Positions 10,335-21,067 of a stretch of 64,000 nucleotides of DNA are shown here, piece by piece (position 1 is the stretch's first letter; the number at the start of each line of letters is the position of its first letter). The stretch is from an uncultured delta proteobacterium. GTDB taxonomy: Bacteria > Desulfobacterota > Syntrophorhabdia > Syntrophorhabdales > WCHB1-27. The notes beneath the pieces are model-generated. The model worked only from the letters and a program-made list of their open reading frames with translations, searched no databases and was not told the DNA's origin. Both the position numbers and the translations under genes were made by a program. The stretch spans positions 65,748 through 129,747 of the forward strand of contig CAWGRP010000015.1 in NCBI GenBank assembly GCA_963825005.1. The letters run 5' to 3'.

Positions 10335-13300
10335 TTAACGCTCCGGGTCCCCCGTTACAGCCAGCGGCAGCACGTGCTGAACAACCTGCGAAAGGATCGC
10401 CATTTCCACAGCATGACGCAGGCTGACAGCAGCATCACCATCCACCTTCAGATCAGCCTTCTGCGCGGTATAGTTCTTGTCCAGAAAGGTTCTTACTTCA
10501 TCGTTCTCATACATGTATCCGTCAGGAGTGATATCGAGGCTGGCAAAGCGGCCGTCGCGCTTATACTCAAGACGGTTGCGACTGATGAAACAGTAACCGA
10601 ATCGTGCAGAAGCGAAGCTTTCGCGACTGACGTGGAATTTAGGCTTGTCCAGGTAGGGCGCGCCGCTGGTGGGACAGAACGTGGCGCAATTGCCGCATTC
10701 GTTGCAGTAATCACCGATATTGATTATCTGGGGCCTCTGTTCTATGCGATAGGTCTCCAGGTCGGAAATCTCAATCTTGTTGCCAACTCGTTTCACCTGC
10801 TGAACTTTCATCTCCATGGGTTCCAGGGTGAATCCAACATTGGCCCTGTTGGGACAGACGGTTACACAGACCCAGCAGAGCTCATCACATTGGAGACAGC
10901 GGCTGGCCTCTTCGTGCGCCGTCTTCTCGTCAAGGGTGTTCACCACAAGATCGAACGCGCCGCGTTTGTCGAGGGCGGCTTCCTGAACGCGAGCGCCCCT
11001 TTGACGGCGGGCTTTTCGCTTCATCAAATCTTCGAGATCCGATACTTTGGTGACAACGCTGGCCTTGATAGCGAGTGATTTCAGAGCACGCTTGGTGATC
11101 GATCCGGCTGCACGTTTGCCGTCCCCGATTGCTTTGATGAGAGTGGACGCGCCGCGGACAGCATCGCCTCCGGAGAAAACGTTTTCGATCTGGGTCTCTT
11201 GGGTTTCCGGGTTGATTTTCAATTGCTGCTCAGGAAAGAACTCGAGGTTTACGCGCTGCCCGATCGCCGCAATTACAGTGTCCACATTCATTTCGAATAG
11301 AGAGCCTTCTATCTTGATCGGGCGTGGACGGCCGCTGGCGTCCTTTTCACCGAGTTGCATACGGTAGCACGCGATTGATTTCACCCTGCCATTTGTCTCT
11401 ATAACGCGTTCGGGGGCAGTGAGTTCCACGAGTTTGATGCCCTCATCCAGCATGGCCTCAACTTCTTCTGAAGCAGCAGGCATCTCTTTTCTGGTTCGCC
11501 GATAGAGCACCGTGACCTCTCCATCCTTACCCAGCAGACGTTTGGCCGCGCGAGCCGCGTCCATGGCCGAATTTCCGCCGCCGATCACGGCCACTCTTTT
11601 CCCCAGATCCGGCCGCTCTCCCCGGCGCACAGCGCTCAGAAATCGCAACTGATCCATGACCCCCACCGCATGCTCGCCGGGAACCCCCAGGGGCATTCCC
11701 TCCTGTGCTCCCACAGCAACGTACACGTAATCAAACTGCTTGCGCAACGCTTCGAACTTTTCACGATCGACTCGTGCGCCGCAGTGTATGGTGACACCGA
11801 GAGCCAGAATGGCATCGATATCTTTCCTGATGCTCAATGCATCGAGCCGGAACTCCGGGATGGCATCCGAAGCCCAGCCACCGGCAAAGGTCTTCTGCTC
11901 GAACACCTGTACCTGGAATCCTTCCAGAGCAAGGAAGTGGGCACAGGAGAGGCCTGACGGCCCCGCACCGATGATCGCCACCTTGATCCCATTCGAAGGT
12001 AAACTCTTCGGAACGAGAGGGCCCTTAAATTTTTGCGCGATGAATCGTTTGATCTCTCTGATCAATAACGGGCTGTCGTAATTGATTCTCGTGCACTTGG
12101 TCTCACACTGGTGATCGCAGACCATTCCCTGGACGTTTGGAAAGGGGTTGGTCTCCATGATCACCTGAAACGCCCGCGCATAATCCCCACTGGCCGTGTA
12201 GTACATGTAGGCCGGAATGTTTTGGCTGACAGGGCAGGTCGCCATACACGGTGCGTGAATGCAATCAAATGTTTTCAGTTCCTTCGGGGTCTTGATGTTA
12301 TCGTAAGGAAACCGGCGCTTTCGGTAGTCTTCATTCGTGATCACCGATTTCGCGTACGCCTCTAGATTCTTGAGGCTGGCCTGTATATGGCTTTCACCGT
12401 TTCCGCTGCGGGCCCTGGCGTACTCTTCGAGTGTTATCGCGCCCGCAGCCTGCAAGGCTTTGCGTGCCTCCTCAAGATATTGCGACAGACGGCCGTAGCC
12501 TCCGGGCTTTAGAACATCTGAACAGACCGTCACCGGCTTCAGGTTGCACGCGAGGACCTCGGCAATGTTGAAGCAATCGGTGCCTGCCGAGAAAGAGATC
12601 TCCAGCGCTCCCTCGAATTCCTTTTGCAGACGGGCGGCCAGGTTGATGCTGATAGGGTGCAGGGACCGGCCGCTCATGTAAACCATTTTTTCATTCTTCG
12701 GGAGATTTTGCTCTTGGTTGCTGGTCTCGAGCGTATTGGTCAGCTTGATGTTGAAAGTCACACCGCTCTTCTTAGCGCTTTGAAGCAGCGATCTAATCAG
12801 AGCCACTGCGTCAGGGTATTTCAAATCGTGTTCGAAGGCAATGTCCGGCACCTGGGTTTCGAATTCCAGTTTGTTGTTCAGAATGTCGCGCACAGCTTCG
12901 GATCCCAGCAGGGTAGGGTTGAGCTTAATCGTGGTATTGAGTTTGCGTTCTTCCACGAAGTAGCGCCCGATCTTCTCCACTTCATCGGGCGGGCAGCCAT
13001 GCATGGTGGAAATAGTGACGTTGTCTGATATACAATCCGCAATACGCAGCTCCTTGAGTCGGGGGTAGAGCCTTGCCAACCGATCGATCTTCTCGGCTTT
13101 TTCGTCAGGGCAGTTCTGCATCTTGTCCAGGAAGCGCTGTACTGCCGGGCTCAGAATGCCTTCCATATTGTACCCGACGCTCATGTTGAAGATGAAACCG
13201 GGTTCCCCTGAAGGTCCCCAGCCGAACTTATCCTTGAGGATGTGCAGCACGATCCAGGCATTCAGGTATTCATCAAAGGATTGCCCGAGCTTTAGTTCCT

Positions 13301-13637
13301 GTGACCATTCGCAGTTATAACCCTCATCCGTGATGTCGATGCAGGGCTTGGTCACCTCCAGCTCGTCCAGCACCTGAACGGTTTTCAGCTCGAGATAGCG
13401 GGCCCCGGTCAGCCAGGCGCTGATCAGGTTCTGAGAAAGCTGTGTGTGCGGACCGGCTGCAACGCCGAGCGGCGTCTCCAGGAGTTGTCCATAGCGGCGC
13501 ATCTGGAAAGGATCCGTTTCGCGAGGGATGAAGAAAAGCTCCTTGCGAATCCCGAAGATCTGCCCATGCTTCTCTTCCTCCAGAATCCACCTGAGCAGAG
13601 TCTCTATACCGCAGGGCCAGAACTTGTCGCTGCTCAT
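10335..13637 (-). CDS. ygfK: YgfK-type Fe-S/flavin oxidoreductase (putative selenate reductase subunit YgfK family)
   Basis: ~1100 aa. GltD-like dinucleotide folds IIGAGPSGLSCAHFLA and VAVIGGGNSAMDAARAA; C-terminal ferredoxin motifs CLQCDELCWVCVTVCP and CNECGNCATFCP. ATG 13637 preceded by AAGGAG and overlapping the hydantoinase stop (ATGA). Confidence 0.85.
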   Translation of the reverse strand: MSSDKFWPCGIETLLRWILEEEKHGQIFGIRKELFFIPRETDPFQMRRYGQLLETPLGVAAGPHTQLSQNLISAWLTGARYLELKTVQVLDELEVTKPCIDITDEGYNCEWSQELKLGQSFDEYLNAWIVLHILKDKFGWGPSGEPGFIFNMSVGYNMEGILSPAVQRFLDKMQNCPDEKAEKIDRLARLYPRLKELRIADCISDNVTISTMHGCPPDEVEKIGRYFVEERKLNTTIKLNPTLLGSEAVRDILNNKLEFETQVPDIAFEHDLKYPDAVALIRSLLQSAKKSGVTFNIKLTNTLETSNQEQNLPKNEKMVYMSGRSLHPISINLAARLQKEFEGALEISFSAGTDCFNIAEVLACNLKPVTVCSDVLKPGGYGRLSQYLEEARKALQAAGAITLEEYARARSGNGESHIQASLKNLEAYAKSVITNEDYRKRRFPYDNIKTPKELKTFDCIHAPCMATCPVSQNIPAYMYYTASGDYARAFQVIMETNPFPNVQGMVCDHQCETKCTRINYDSPLLIREIKRFIAQKFKGPLVPKSLPSNGIKVAIIGAGPSGLSCAHFLALEGFQVQVFEQKTFAGGWASDAIPEFRLDALSIRKDIDAILALGVTIHCGARVDREKFEALRKQFDYVYVAVGAQEGMPLGVPGEHAVGVMDQLRFLSAVRRGERPDLGKRVAVIGGGNSAMDAARAAKRLLGKDGEVTVLYRRTRKEMPAASEEVEAMLDEGIKLVELTAPERVIETNGRVKSIACYRMQLGEKDASGRPRPIKIEGSLFEMNVDTVIAAIGQRVNLEFFPEQQLKINPETQETQIENVFSGGDAVRGASTLIKAIGDGKRAAGSITKRALKSLAIKASVVTKVSDLEDLMKRKARRQRGARVQEAALDKRGAFDLVVNTLDEKTAHEEASRCLQCDELCWVCVTVCPNRANVGFTLEPMEMKVQQVKRVGNKIEISDLETYRIEQRPQIINIGDYCNECGNCATFCPTSGAPYLDKPKFHVSRESFASARFGYCFISRNRLEYKRDGRFASLDITPDGYMYENDEVRTFLDKNYTAQKADLKVDGDAAVSLRHAVEMAILSQVVQHVLPLAVTGDPER

Positions 13638-15046
13638 CTTGCGTTCTCCTTGTTGGGAGCCGTTTCTGACGTAAGCCGACGAGGCACGTACGCTCCCCAT
13701 CCTTTTTCCGCGAGAAGCCGGCCATGCTGCATGACCACCTTGCCGCGTACCAGAGTTGCAACAGGCCAGCCGCGCACTCGCATTCCTTCATACGGCGAAT
13801 AATCGGCGTTGTGAAAAAGGGTTTCCGGCGAAATCACCTTCTCCGCATTTGGATCGAAGATGACTACATCGCCATCAGAACCCGGACCAAGCGTACCTTT
13901 GCGTGGATACAAGCCCATTATTTTCGCAGGTGCAGTCGATGCGACCTCGACGAAGCGGGTGAGCGAGAGTCGGCCCTTCAAAACACCTTCAGAGAAAAGG
14001 AGCGGCAGCCTCGTCTCGACACCGGGAACACCCCCGGGACAAAGCGTGAAATCTGAGCTGCCAAACTTGAGCTTGTCGGCAAAGCTAAAAGAGCAGTGAT
14101 CAGTGGCGACCACGTCGATGGAGCCGGCAGCCAGTCCCTGCCATAAGGCGGTGCAGTCTTCTTTCTTCCTTAGCGGCGGCGCCATGATGAATTTGAGCCC
14201 TGCGTTTCCAGACTGCGCGTAACAGGAATCGTCCAGGAGCAGGTGCTGCGGGCATACTTCGGCTAAGACCGGCAGGCCTTCTTGTCGTGCAGCTTCTATT
14301 ACGCGCAGCCCCGATGCCGTCGACAGGTGGACGATGTAGACGGGCACATTGCCTACTGCCTTGGCAAGATGGACAATCCTCTGAATCGCTTCAGCTTCGC
14401 TGTAATCGGGACGGCTGAGGGGATGGTAGATCGGGCTCAGCTTGCCCTCGGTCCTGAACTTTTCGCGCAGGAATGTCACGATCGCATCATTCTCGGCGTG
14501 GAATGTGGCCATAAGTCCCGCGCTGCGTGCACGCTCCAGCACCCGGAGGATTTGATATTCCGTCAGCCTGCCGTCGTACGTGAGATAGATCTTGCCGGTG
14601 GGCACGCCCATCGAGATGAGATCTTGAAGCCTGTCCAGAAGGTCCCCGTCCGTGTGCTGAAAAACGGCGTGAAATCCGTAATCGACCACAGCTTCGTCCG
14701 CGGCTTCTTCCTGATACTGCTTCACCTGATGTTGCAGCGAACAGCCGGCGGGTCCGAAACCGGGATGCTCTACAACGCAGGTGGTTCCACCGAATGCGGC
14801 TGCCGCGGTTCCTCCGAAAAAGCCATCGCACACTTTGACACCGTTTACCGTCAGATTGAGATGCGTGTGCACATCTACGCCGCCGGGGAGCACGTAACAG
14901 CCGACCGCATCAATTACCTGCGCGCCGGGATATTCAAGATCGGACCCTATTTCGGTGACAAAGCCTCTATCGATCAGCACGTCTGACTTGAACGTATCGT
15001 CCGCTGTTGCTACAGTTCCATTCTTTATAAGAATCCGTTCCATCAC
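13634..15046 (-). CDS. hyuA: D-hydantoinase / dihydropyrimidinase-type cyclic amidohydrolase
   Basis: 470 aa; metal motif GGVDVHTHLNL; full-length amidohydrolase fold sequence; position as in the E. coli ygeZ/hyuA context. Confidence 0.85.
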   Translation of the reverse strand: MMERILIKNGTVATADDTFKSDVLIDRGFVTEIGSDLEYPGAQVIDAVGCYVLPGGVDVHTHLNLTVNGVKVCDGFFGGTAAAAFGGTTCVVEHPGFGPAGCSLQHQVKQYQEEAADEAVVDYGFHAVFQHTDGDLLDRLQDLISMGVPTGKIYLTYDGRLTEYQILRVLERARSAGLMATFHAENDAIVTFLREKFRTEGKLSPIYHPLSRPDYSEAEAIQRIVHLAKAVGNVPVYIVHLSTASGLRVIEAARQEGLPVLAEVCPQHLLLDDSCYAQSGNAGLKFIMAPPLRKKEDCTALWQGLAAGSIDVVATDHCSFSFADKLKFGSSDFTLCPGGVPGVETRLPLLFSEGVLKGRLSLTRFVEVASTAPAKIMGLYPRKGTLGPGSDGDVVIFDPNAEKVISPETLFHNADYSPYEGMRVRGWPVATLVRGKVVMQHGRLLAEKGWGAYVPRRLTSETAPNKENAR

Positions 15047-15074
15047 TAACCAATCACCGCCGACAGTCGATCGA

Positions 15075-16367
15075 TCATTGTGCGCGCCGTTTCATCGCGG
15101 CCCAGAGCTTCTTGCCCATCTCACGGGCATGCTCCAGTACTTCGGTTTCGTCTACTGTCGTGACGCGGCCGTCCTCCACGATCACTTTTCCCTTGCAGAT
15201 GACTGTGGTCACGTGACGGGAATCGATACCGAAGACGAAGTGGCCCAAAAAGTTGTCCGAGGTTACTTCGGTGGGTGAATCATAGTTGAGGACAACCAGG
15301 TTGTTATCAGTGTCACCGCGAAGCCCGAATTCGCGGACGTAACGGTGCACGTTGCGGAAACGCGTGTAGATTTCGTCAAACCCGATAGCTTCTGTGGCCT
15401 GGCCTGCCAGAAAGGCCGCTTTGGCGCTGCGCAGCATATCACTGTGCATGCCGTCAGTGCCCAGAAGAACGTTATCGGTAATCGATTTGTAGCTGGCCAG
15501 ACCCACGTTGTTGTTCTGGTTGCTCTCGACATTCTGGGCCACCCAGACTCCTGACTTTCGTAGGAGCTCTTTTTCGCGCTCCGAAAGATGGATGCAGTGA
15601 GAGAGGATCGATTTCTTGAGATCCAATGCTCCTGCCTGCTGCAGACGCTCGACGACCCGTTTGCCGTATCTCGCCACTGTTTCTTCCTGGTCCGCGAGAT
15701 CTTCGGCCACGTGCATGTGGAGGCCGGTGTTGTGCTTTTTGGCAAGGGCGATGGCTTTGTGCAGGAGATCGTCGCCTACGGTGAAAGAGGCGTGCAGACC
15801 CACGTGGCCCTGATAGCCTGCTGCCAGAAAGGCGTCTGTCTCGGCGAGACCGGCGTCCCTCGCGGCCTCTCCGTCTCTATCGGAGATCTCGTAGCAGAGA
15901 AGATGGGAGATGCCCACACGGTCGAAGGCCTTCGCAATGGTGAACAACGAATCCTTGATCGCAAAAGGCGACGCGTGGTGATCGACGATCAGGGTGACGC
16001 CGTTCTTGGCGCAATAGATGGCCGATGCCAGGGCGCTCGCTTCGATCATCTCCAGATCGAGGCACTTATCGAGGTGCCACCATATGTACTTCAGGATCTC
16101 CACGAAATTGACAGGGGACTTCTGCGGTGCGGGCATGCCCCTGGCCAGCGTAGAGTAAATGTGATGATGGCCGCAGCCGAAGGACTTTGTGACGAGCCTT
16201 CCCGCACAGTCCACTATGCGGTCTCCGGGCGCTAGTTTGTCAGGGAGCGGCACCGACAGCGCGAAAGAAATCCCGCCTTGTGTCCCTTCTTGCACGACCA
16301 CGCACGTTTTCCTGATCTCGAATGTGTTCCAGTCCAGAAACGTCGCATCTTTCAGATAGAGTGTCAT
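15075..16367 (-). CDS. ssnA: SsnA-type aminohydrolase (chlorohydrolase/deaminase family)
   Basis: 430 aa; GCGHHHIYSTLARGM and HMHVAEDLADQEE motifs typical of SsnA-like amidohydrolases. Confidence 0.8.
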   Translation of the reverse strand: MTLYLKDATFLDWNTFEIRKTCVVVQEGTQGGISFALSVPLPDKLAPGDRIVDCAGRLVTKSFGCGHHHIYSTLARGMPAPQKSPVNFVEILKYIWWHLDKCLDLEMIEASALASAIYCAKNGVTLIVDHHASPFAIKDSLFTIAKAFDRVGISHLLCYEISDRDGEAARDAGLAETDAFLAAGYQGHVGLHASFTVGDDLLHKAIALAKKHNTGLHMHVAEDLADQEETVARYGKRVVERLQQAGALDLKKSILSHCIHLSEREKELLRKSGVWVAQNVESNQNNNVGLASYKSITDNVLLGTDGMHSDMLRSAKAAFLAGQATEAIGFDEIYTRFRNVHRYVREFGLRGDTDNNLVVLNYDSPTEVTSDNFLGHFVFGIDSRHVTTVICKGKVIVEDGRVTTVDETEVLEHAREMGKKLWAAMKRRAQ

Positions 16368-16437
16368 CAGCCCGTCCTTCTCAAGCTTCTAGAAAACTGC
16401 AAACTAGTTTGATCCAAACTGAATCCGCAAAACAAAG

Positions 16438-16674
16438 CCTTATCGCAGATAAAATCGGATAAGGGACATGATGAACGCAGATAATTTAGTTTTGACCGCC
16501 TGTGTGATAAAGCGACACAGCCGGCCAACTCCGATCCGCCTACGGCGGAGGGGTAGAACCACGCGGGAGCGTCAGAGTGTAAGCAGCATTGTCGCCTTAT
16601 CACAATGCTGCTTACAGGCACGCTTATCTGCGAAGATCTCTCTTTGCCTTTATCTGCCTTTATCTGCGATGAAA
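16438..16674 (+). repeat. ~240-bp TIR-bounded, hairpin-rich MITE-like element (partner, inverted, at 34779-35030)
   Basis: Termini atcgcagataaa / tttatctgcgat (12-bp perfect inverted repeat). Contains 6-7 copies of the octamer GCAGATAA/TTATCTGC. Internal hairpins ctgtgt-gataaagcg-acacag and gtaagcagcattgt-N9-acaatgctgcttac. Confidence 0.8.
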
Positions 16675-16692
16675 ATTGTTTTGTTGTTCTTT

Positions 16693-19259
16693 TCATGTCC
16701 TTCTCTTGGGAGGGGTTAACGGTAAAGAATAGCGCCGCATGCCGTCGTACTGATAATAGGCGTTGGCAATGGCGGGCGCAGTGGGAATCGTACCTATCTC
16801 ACCAATGCCCTTGGCGCCGAAGGGCCCGACCGGGTCAAGGCATTCTACTCCGATCACCTTGATCTCGGGCACATCCTTGGCCTTGAGTAAACCCAGTTTG
16901 GACATGCGATCAGAAGTCAGACGTCCTCTTTCAAGCGGTAGTTTCTCACTCAGCGCGTAGCCCATGCCCATGACCACGCCACCTTCAATCTGGCTTTCGA
17001 AAAGGGCCCGGTTGATGATCCGGCCACCGTCGTGCGCGGCGTATATGGTTTCCACCTTACCATTCTCATCGAGTATCGCCAGATGCGTTGCGAATGCGTA
17101 GGAAAAATGACTTCTGATTTCGCCTTCCACATCGTGGCTCGTTGTCCAATCGACTACGTAACGGCCGAAGTATTCCTTGCCGACGAGGTCGGCGAGCGTA
17201 CGCCCCTTCAGGTCATTCTTAAGTTTTTCGGCAGCATCAATCACAGAATGGCCAAGCAATGGCGTGCCGCGACTCGCAGTGGTCATCCCTCCCATTACTC
17301 CGGTGTCGGTCGAGCACCTGATGTCTACCTTCACCGATCCGTCCAGACCCGAGCACCTCGCAGAGCACCTGACGCGCCACAGTGTTAACGCCCTGACCCA
17401 TTTCAGTCCATCCGTGCTGGAGTTCGATACGATCGGAGGCAAGGACTTTCAGCCGGGTCTCGCTGACCTCTTCTATACCGTTGCCGATGCCTGAATTCTT
17501 GATGGCGCAGGCAAGGCCTGCAAAGCGGGCTTTTGAGAAGGCTTCCCGCACTGCATTAAGGCAGTCACGCAAGCCTACTCCTTCCCCCAGCACATGGCCG
17601 GTGGTCGTCATTCTGCCGGCGGTTACCGCGTTGTCGTAGCGGAATTGCCAGCGATCGAAACCGCCTTTGACGCAGAGCTCGTCCACCAGGCTCTCCATGG
17701 CAAAAGTCGCCTGATTTACGCCGAATCCACGGAAAGCCCCGGCGGGTGGATTATTGGTGTAGTAGGCACTCGCAATCACATCCACGCCGGGTACGTGATA
17801 CGCTCCGGCTGCGTGGGTGCCGGTGCGGGCCACCACCTCACCGCCCACCGACGCATAGGCACCACCATCACCTGTTATCCGCGCCCGGAGCGCGGTGAGA
17901 ATGCCTTTCTCGTCGCACGCCAATTTGTAATCCATTTTCATCCGGTGCCGTTTGGGATGCATGCGTATGGACTCGGCACGGTTCAGACGAACCTTGACTG
18001 GGCGCTGCAGAATCATACTGTAAAGCGCGGCATGATGCTGAACGCTGAGATCTTCTTTACCGCCGAAACCGCCGCCTGCAGAGACCTGGATGACATTGAC
18101 CTTCTCTTGCGGAAGATTAAGTACGGACGCTATCTGCTCACGATCTTTGAAGATGCCCTGACCCTGCGAGTAAACCGTGACGCCGCCACCGCCGTCAGGC
18201 AATGCAATGCAGGCTTCCGTTTCCAGGAACGCGTGCTCGACGAAGGGGGTTTCAAAGATACCTTCTACTATATGCGCCGAACGGGAAAAGATCTGATCCA
18301 CAGGTTCGCCCCGACGGATGACTGTCTCTTTCAGAAGATTGCCGTGCTCGTGGATCCGTATGGGGCTTGTTTGCGCGTCAGTAACTTCGGTGAGCGGCTC
18401 CAGCACGTCGTATTGCACTTGGATTGCTTCTGCCGCGCGCCGCGCCATATCCTCGCTCTGGGCTACCACGCCAACGATAACGTCGCCGATGCAGCGCGTC
18501 TCCTCGCCGAGCGCAACCATCATAGGCCAATCTTTTACGAGCAGTCCCTGGTAGCGTTTGCCAGGGATATCCTGTGCATCGAAGACCCGGATCACTCCAG
18601 GCAGTTTCTCGAGAGCGGAAGTGTCGATCTTAAGCAGTCGTGCCCGCGGGTGTTCACTGAACTTCAACACCCCGTACGACCATGCCCTCGAACTTCATGT
18701 CATTGACGTAGGGGCTCAGGCCAAGGGCTTTTTCGTAACCCTCATATTTCGGATAGGAGTAGCCGATGCCGGTCCTTTCCTCCCAAGCGATTTCTTTGTT
18801 TTCACGCAGCGCCTGGGCCGCAAGCAGCACAGCATCGATGATCTTCACATATCCGGTGCAGCGGCACAGATTGATGTTGATGGCCTTTACCACATCCTCG
18901 CGGCTGGGGGCCGGGGTAGTTTCCAGGAGTATCTTCGCGCGGGAGAGTATGCCCGGCGTACAATAGCCGCATTGCACCGCGCCTTTAGCGACGAAAGCTC
19001 TGGCCAGCGTACGGCGCACGTTCTCCGGGAATCCATCGATGGTTATCACTTCTTTGCCCGCTACTCTCTTCATGGGAGTGGAGCAGGCGAGGGCAGGTTT
19101 GCCTTCCAGTTCTATCAGGCAGGCTCCGCAGGCAGCCTGCCCCGAGCAGCCATCCTTAACTGAAGTTATCCCCCTCTCTTCGCGCAGGAATGTCAAAAGA
19201 GTAGCGGTTTCATCGCCCGAATACTCAACCTTCCGACCGTTCAGCGAAAAGGAAATCAT
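16693..19259 (-). pseudogene. xdhD: fused [2Fe-2S]/molybdopterin-binding hydroxylase (XdhD / selenium-dependent molybdenum hydroxylase type), two frame changes
   Basis: ORF 18654-19259 carries both 2Fe-2S motifs (CSGQAACGACLIELEGKPALAC; QCGYCTPG..CRCTGY) and runs into the Mo-subunit N-terminus (..YVNDMKFEGM). It continues in ORF 17237-18670 (..SAGGGFGGKEDLS..) after a shift at a C4 run ~18670-18673, then in ORF 16693-17442 after a shift at ~17345-17352 (..QVLCEVLG/LDGSVKVDIRCSTDTG..). Confidence 0.8.
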
Positions 19260-19342
19260 GGTACCCCCTGATTCTCCAACACTGCGTTTAGTCGCGCCAC
19301 AGGGGGCGCACGCGCGCCTTCCGTGGCAAACTCGACGCCTTC

Positions 19343-19723
19343 TCAGAGCACAGCGATGGCCTCGATTTCCACCAGCACGTCCTTGGGCAGTCGATCTACC
19401 GCAACGCAGGAGCGCCCTGGCGGATTATCTTTGAAGTACTCTGCATAGACTTCGTTGAACTGAGCGAAGTCATTCATGTCGTTCAGGAAGCAGGTAGTTT
19501 TGACCACATTTCCGAGACCGGCACCCCCGGCGATTAAAACTTCCTTAAGGTTTTCCAGGGCCTGTTTTGTCTGTGCTCGAATCCCGCCTTGCACGACCTG
19601 GCCGGAATGCGGGTCGAGTGGGATCTGGCCCGACGTGAAAAGCATGTTCCCCGATTTTATTGCCTGACTGTAAGGGCCGATCGCGGCTGGAGCCTTATCT
19701 GAGAATACAATCTTCTTTTCCAT
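19343..19723 (-). CDS. ridA: RidA/YjgF-family reactive-intermediate deaminase
   Basis: 126 aa; [28 protein letters not shown]...[21 protein letters not shown]. Confidence 0.85.
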   Translation of the reverse strand: MEKKIVFSDKAPAAIGPYSQAIKSGNMLFTSGQIPLDPHSGQVVQGGIRAQTKQALENLKEVLIAGGAGLGNVVKTTCFLNDMNDFAQFNEVYAEYFKDNPPGRSCVAVDRLPKDVLVEIEAIAVL

Positions 19724-19748
19724 GGCAAACCTCTCTCGTCCTTTTAGT

Positions 19749-20948
19749 TCATTGAAAGATTCTTGGATTGGCCTTCTCGAGCAACCTACCCAGAGTATCA
19801 GCAGGATTCTTCACTTTGCTCAGCAGGATCATGGCCGCAATGATGTAAGGCTTGTAGCTTGCCTCTCTATACATGGGAACGCGGTAACGGTCGAAGACGC
19901 TCGCTTCCACCTCGCCCTGGGCACAACTGACGTCCGTGATATCAGCCGGAAGGCAGTGCATGTACAAAGCCTTTTGCTCATGGCTGGTGGCCATCAACTT
20001 CTCGGTGCACTCCCACGCCTTGTGTTTGGCATTCTGGGCCAAAAGCTGCTTCTCCAACGTTTTGATGCCTTCAAAGTCGCCCTTGCCGTACAGGTCCGTG
20101 CGGGTCTCCATAGCTCCAAAGGGTGCCCAGCTCTTCGGGTACACCACGTGCGCGCCTTCAAAGGCTTCAGCCATGGAATTGCTCTTGGTAAAACTGCCGC
20201 CGCTTCTTGCCGCATTGAGCTTGGCCACCTGCTCCACCTCGGGCATGACCTCATATCCCTTGGGATGAGCCAAGACCACGTTCATGCCAAAACGAGTCAT
20301 GAGGCCGATCACTCCCTGAGGCACGGACAGAGGCTTTCCGTAGGAAGGGCTGTAGGCCCAGGTCATGGCTATCTTCTTTCCCCTGAGATTCTCCACGCCG
20401 CCAAAGCTGTTGATCAGGTGCAGCATGTCTGCCATGCTCTGGGTAGGATGGTCGATGTCGCACTGCAGATTGACTAAGGTCGGTCTCTGTTCCAGCACCC
20501 CTTCGAGGAATCCTTCTTTTACAGCCTGCGCCACTTCCACCATGTACGTGTGTCCCTTGCCGATGTACATGTCATCGCGGATTCCGATCACGTCAGCCAT
20601 GAAGGAGACCATGTTGGCGGTCTCGCGCACGGTCTCGCCGTGAGCTACCTGAGACTTGCCTTCGTCCAGATCCTGCACCTCCAAACCCAATAAATTGCAG
20701 GCACTGGCAAAGCTGAAGCGGGTGCGGGTAGACTGGTCCCGGAACAGGGATACGCCGAGCCCGCTATCAAACAGACGGCTGGAGATATTGTTGCGTCTGA
20801 GCCCCCGCAGGATTTCAGCGACGGTAAAGGTCGCAGCAATCTCGTCATCACTCTTGTCCCACGTGAGAAGAAAATCATTGAGGTACATATCGTGATAGTC
20901 AAGCCGTGCGAGCCGCTTGATGAGTTCTCTGATTTTTACGACGTCCAT
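19749..20948 (-). CDS. ygeW: knotted carbamoyltransferase YgeW
   Basis: Long stretches recognisably near-identical to E. coli YgeW (FLLTW..., [77 protein letters not shown]). AGGGAGGG + ATG at 20948 preferred over the track start 20981. Confidence 0.9.
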   Translation of the reverse strand: MDVVKIRELIKRLARLDYHDMYLNDFLLTWDKSDDEIAATFTVAEILRGLRRNNISSRLFDSGLGVSLFRDQSTRTRFSFASACNLLGLEVQDLDEGKSQVAHGETVRETANMVSFMADVIGIRDDMYIGKGHTYMVEVAQAVKEGFLEGVLEQRPTLVNLQCDIDHPTQSMADMLHLINSFGGVENLRGKKIAMTWAYSPSYGKPLSVPQGVIGLMTRFGMNVVLAHPKGYEVMPEVEQVAKLNAARSGGSFTKSNSMAEAFEGAHVVYPKSWAPFGAMETRTDLYGKGDFEGIKTLEKQLLAQNAKHKAWECTEKLMATSHEQKALYMHCLPADITDVSCAQGEVEASVFDRYRVPMYREASYKPYIIAAMILLSKVKNPADTLGRLLEKANPRIFQ

Positions 20949-21067
20949 GGTGCCCTCCCTTTTAGATTCTTTCATCCGCAAGTCTGAGAATTTTGTTCTA
21001 ACATTTTTGCCGGACTTTGCTTTTCCCTCAACCTCAATCTTAACCTTACGTTGTTAGACTTCTCGCT

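Noticed and set aside
17594-18706. Long ORFs antisense to clearly conserved genes: 17594-18706, 10320-11078, 14282-14986, 15588-16235, 21209-22030, 22619-23233, 36074-36961, 49271-49852, 51562-52476, 61839-62618 and others.
   Set aside because: The opposite strand encodes strongly recognisable proteins. These shadows lack RBSs, have Arg/Gly/His-rich skewed composition and show no family motifs. They are typical GC-rich antisense artefacts.
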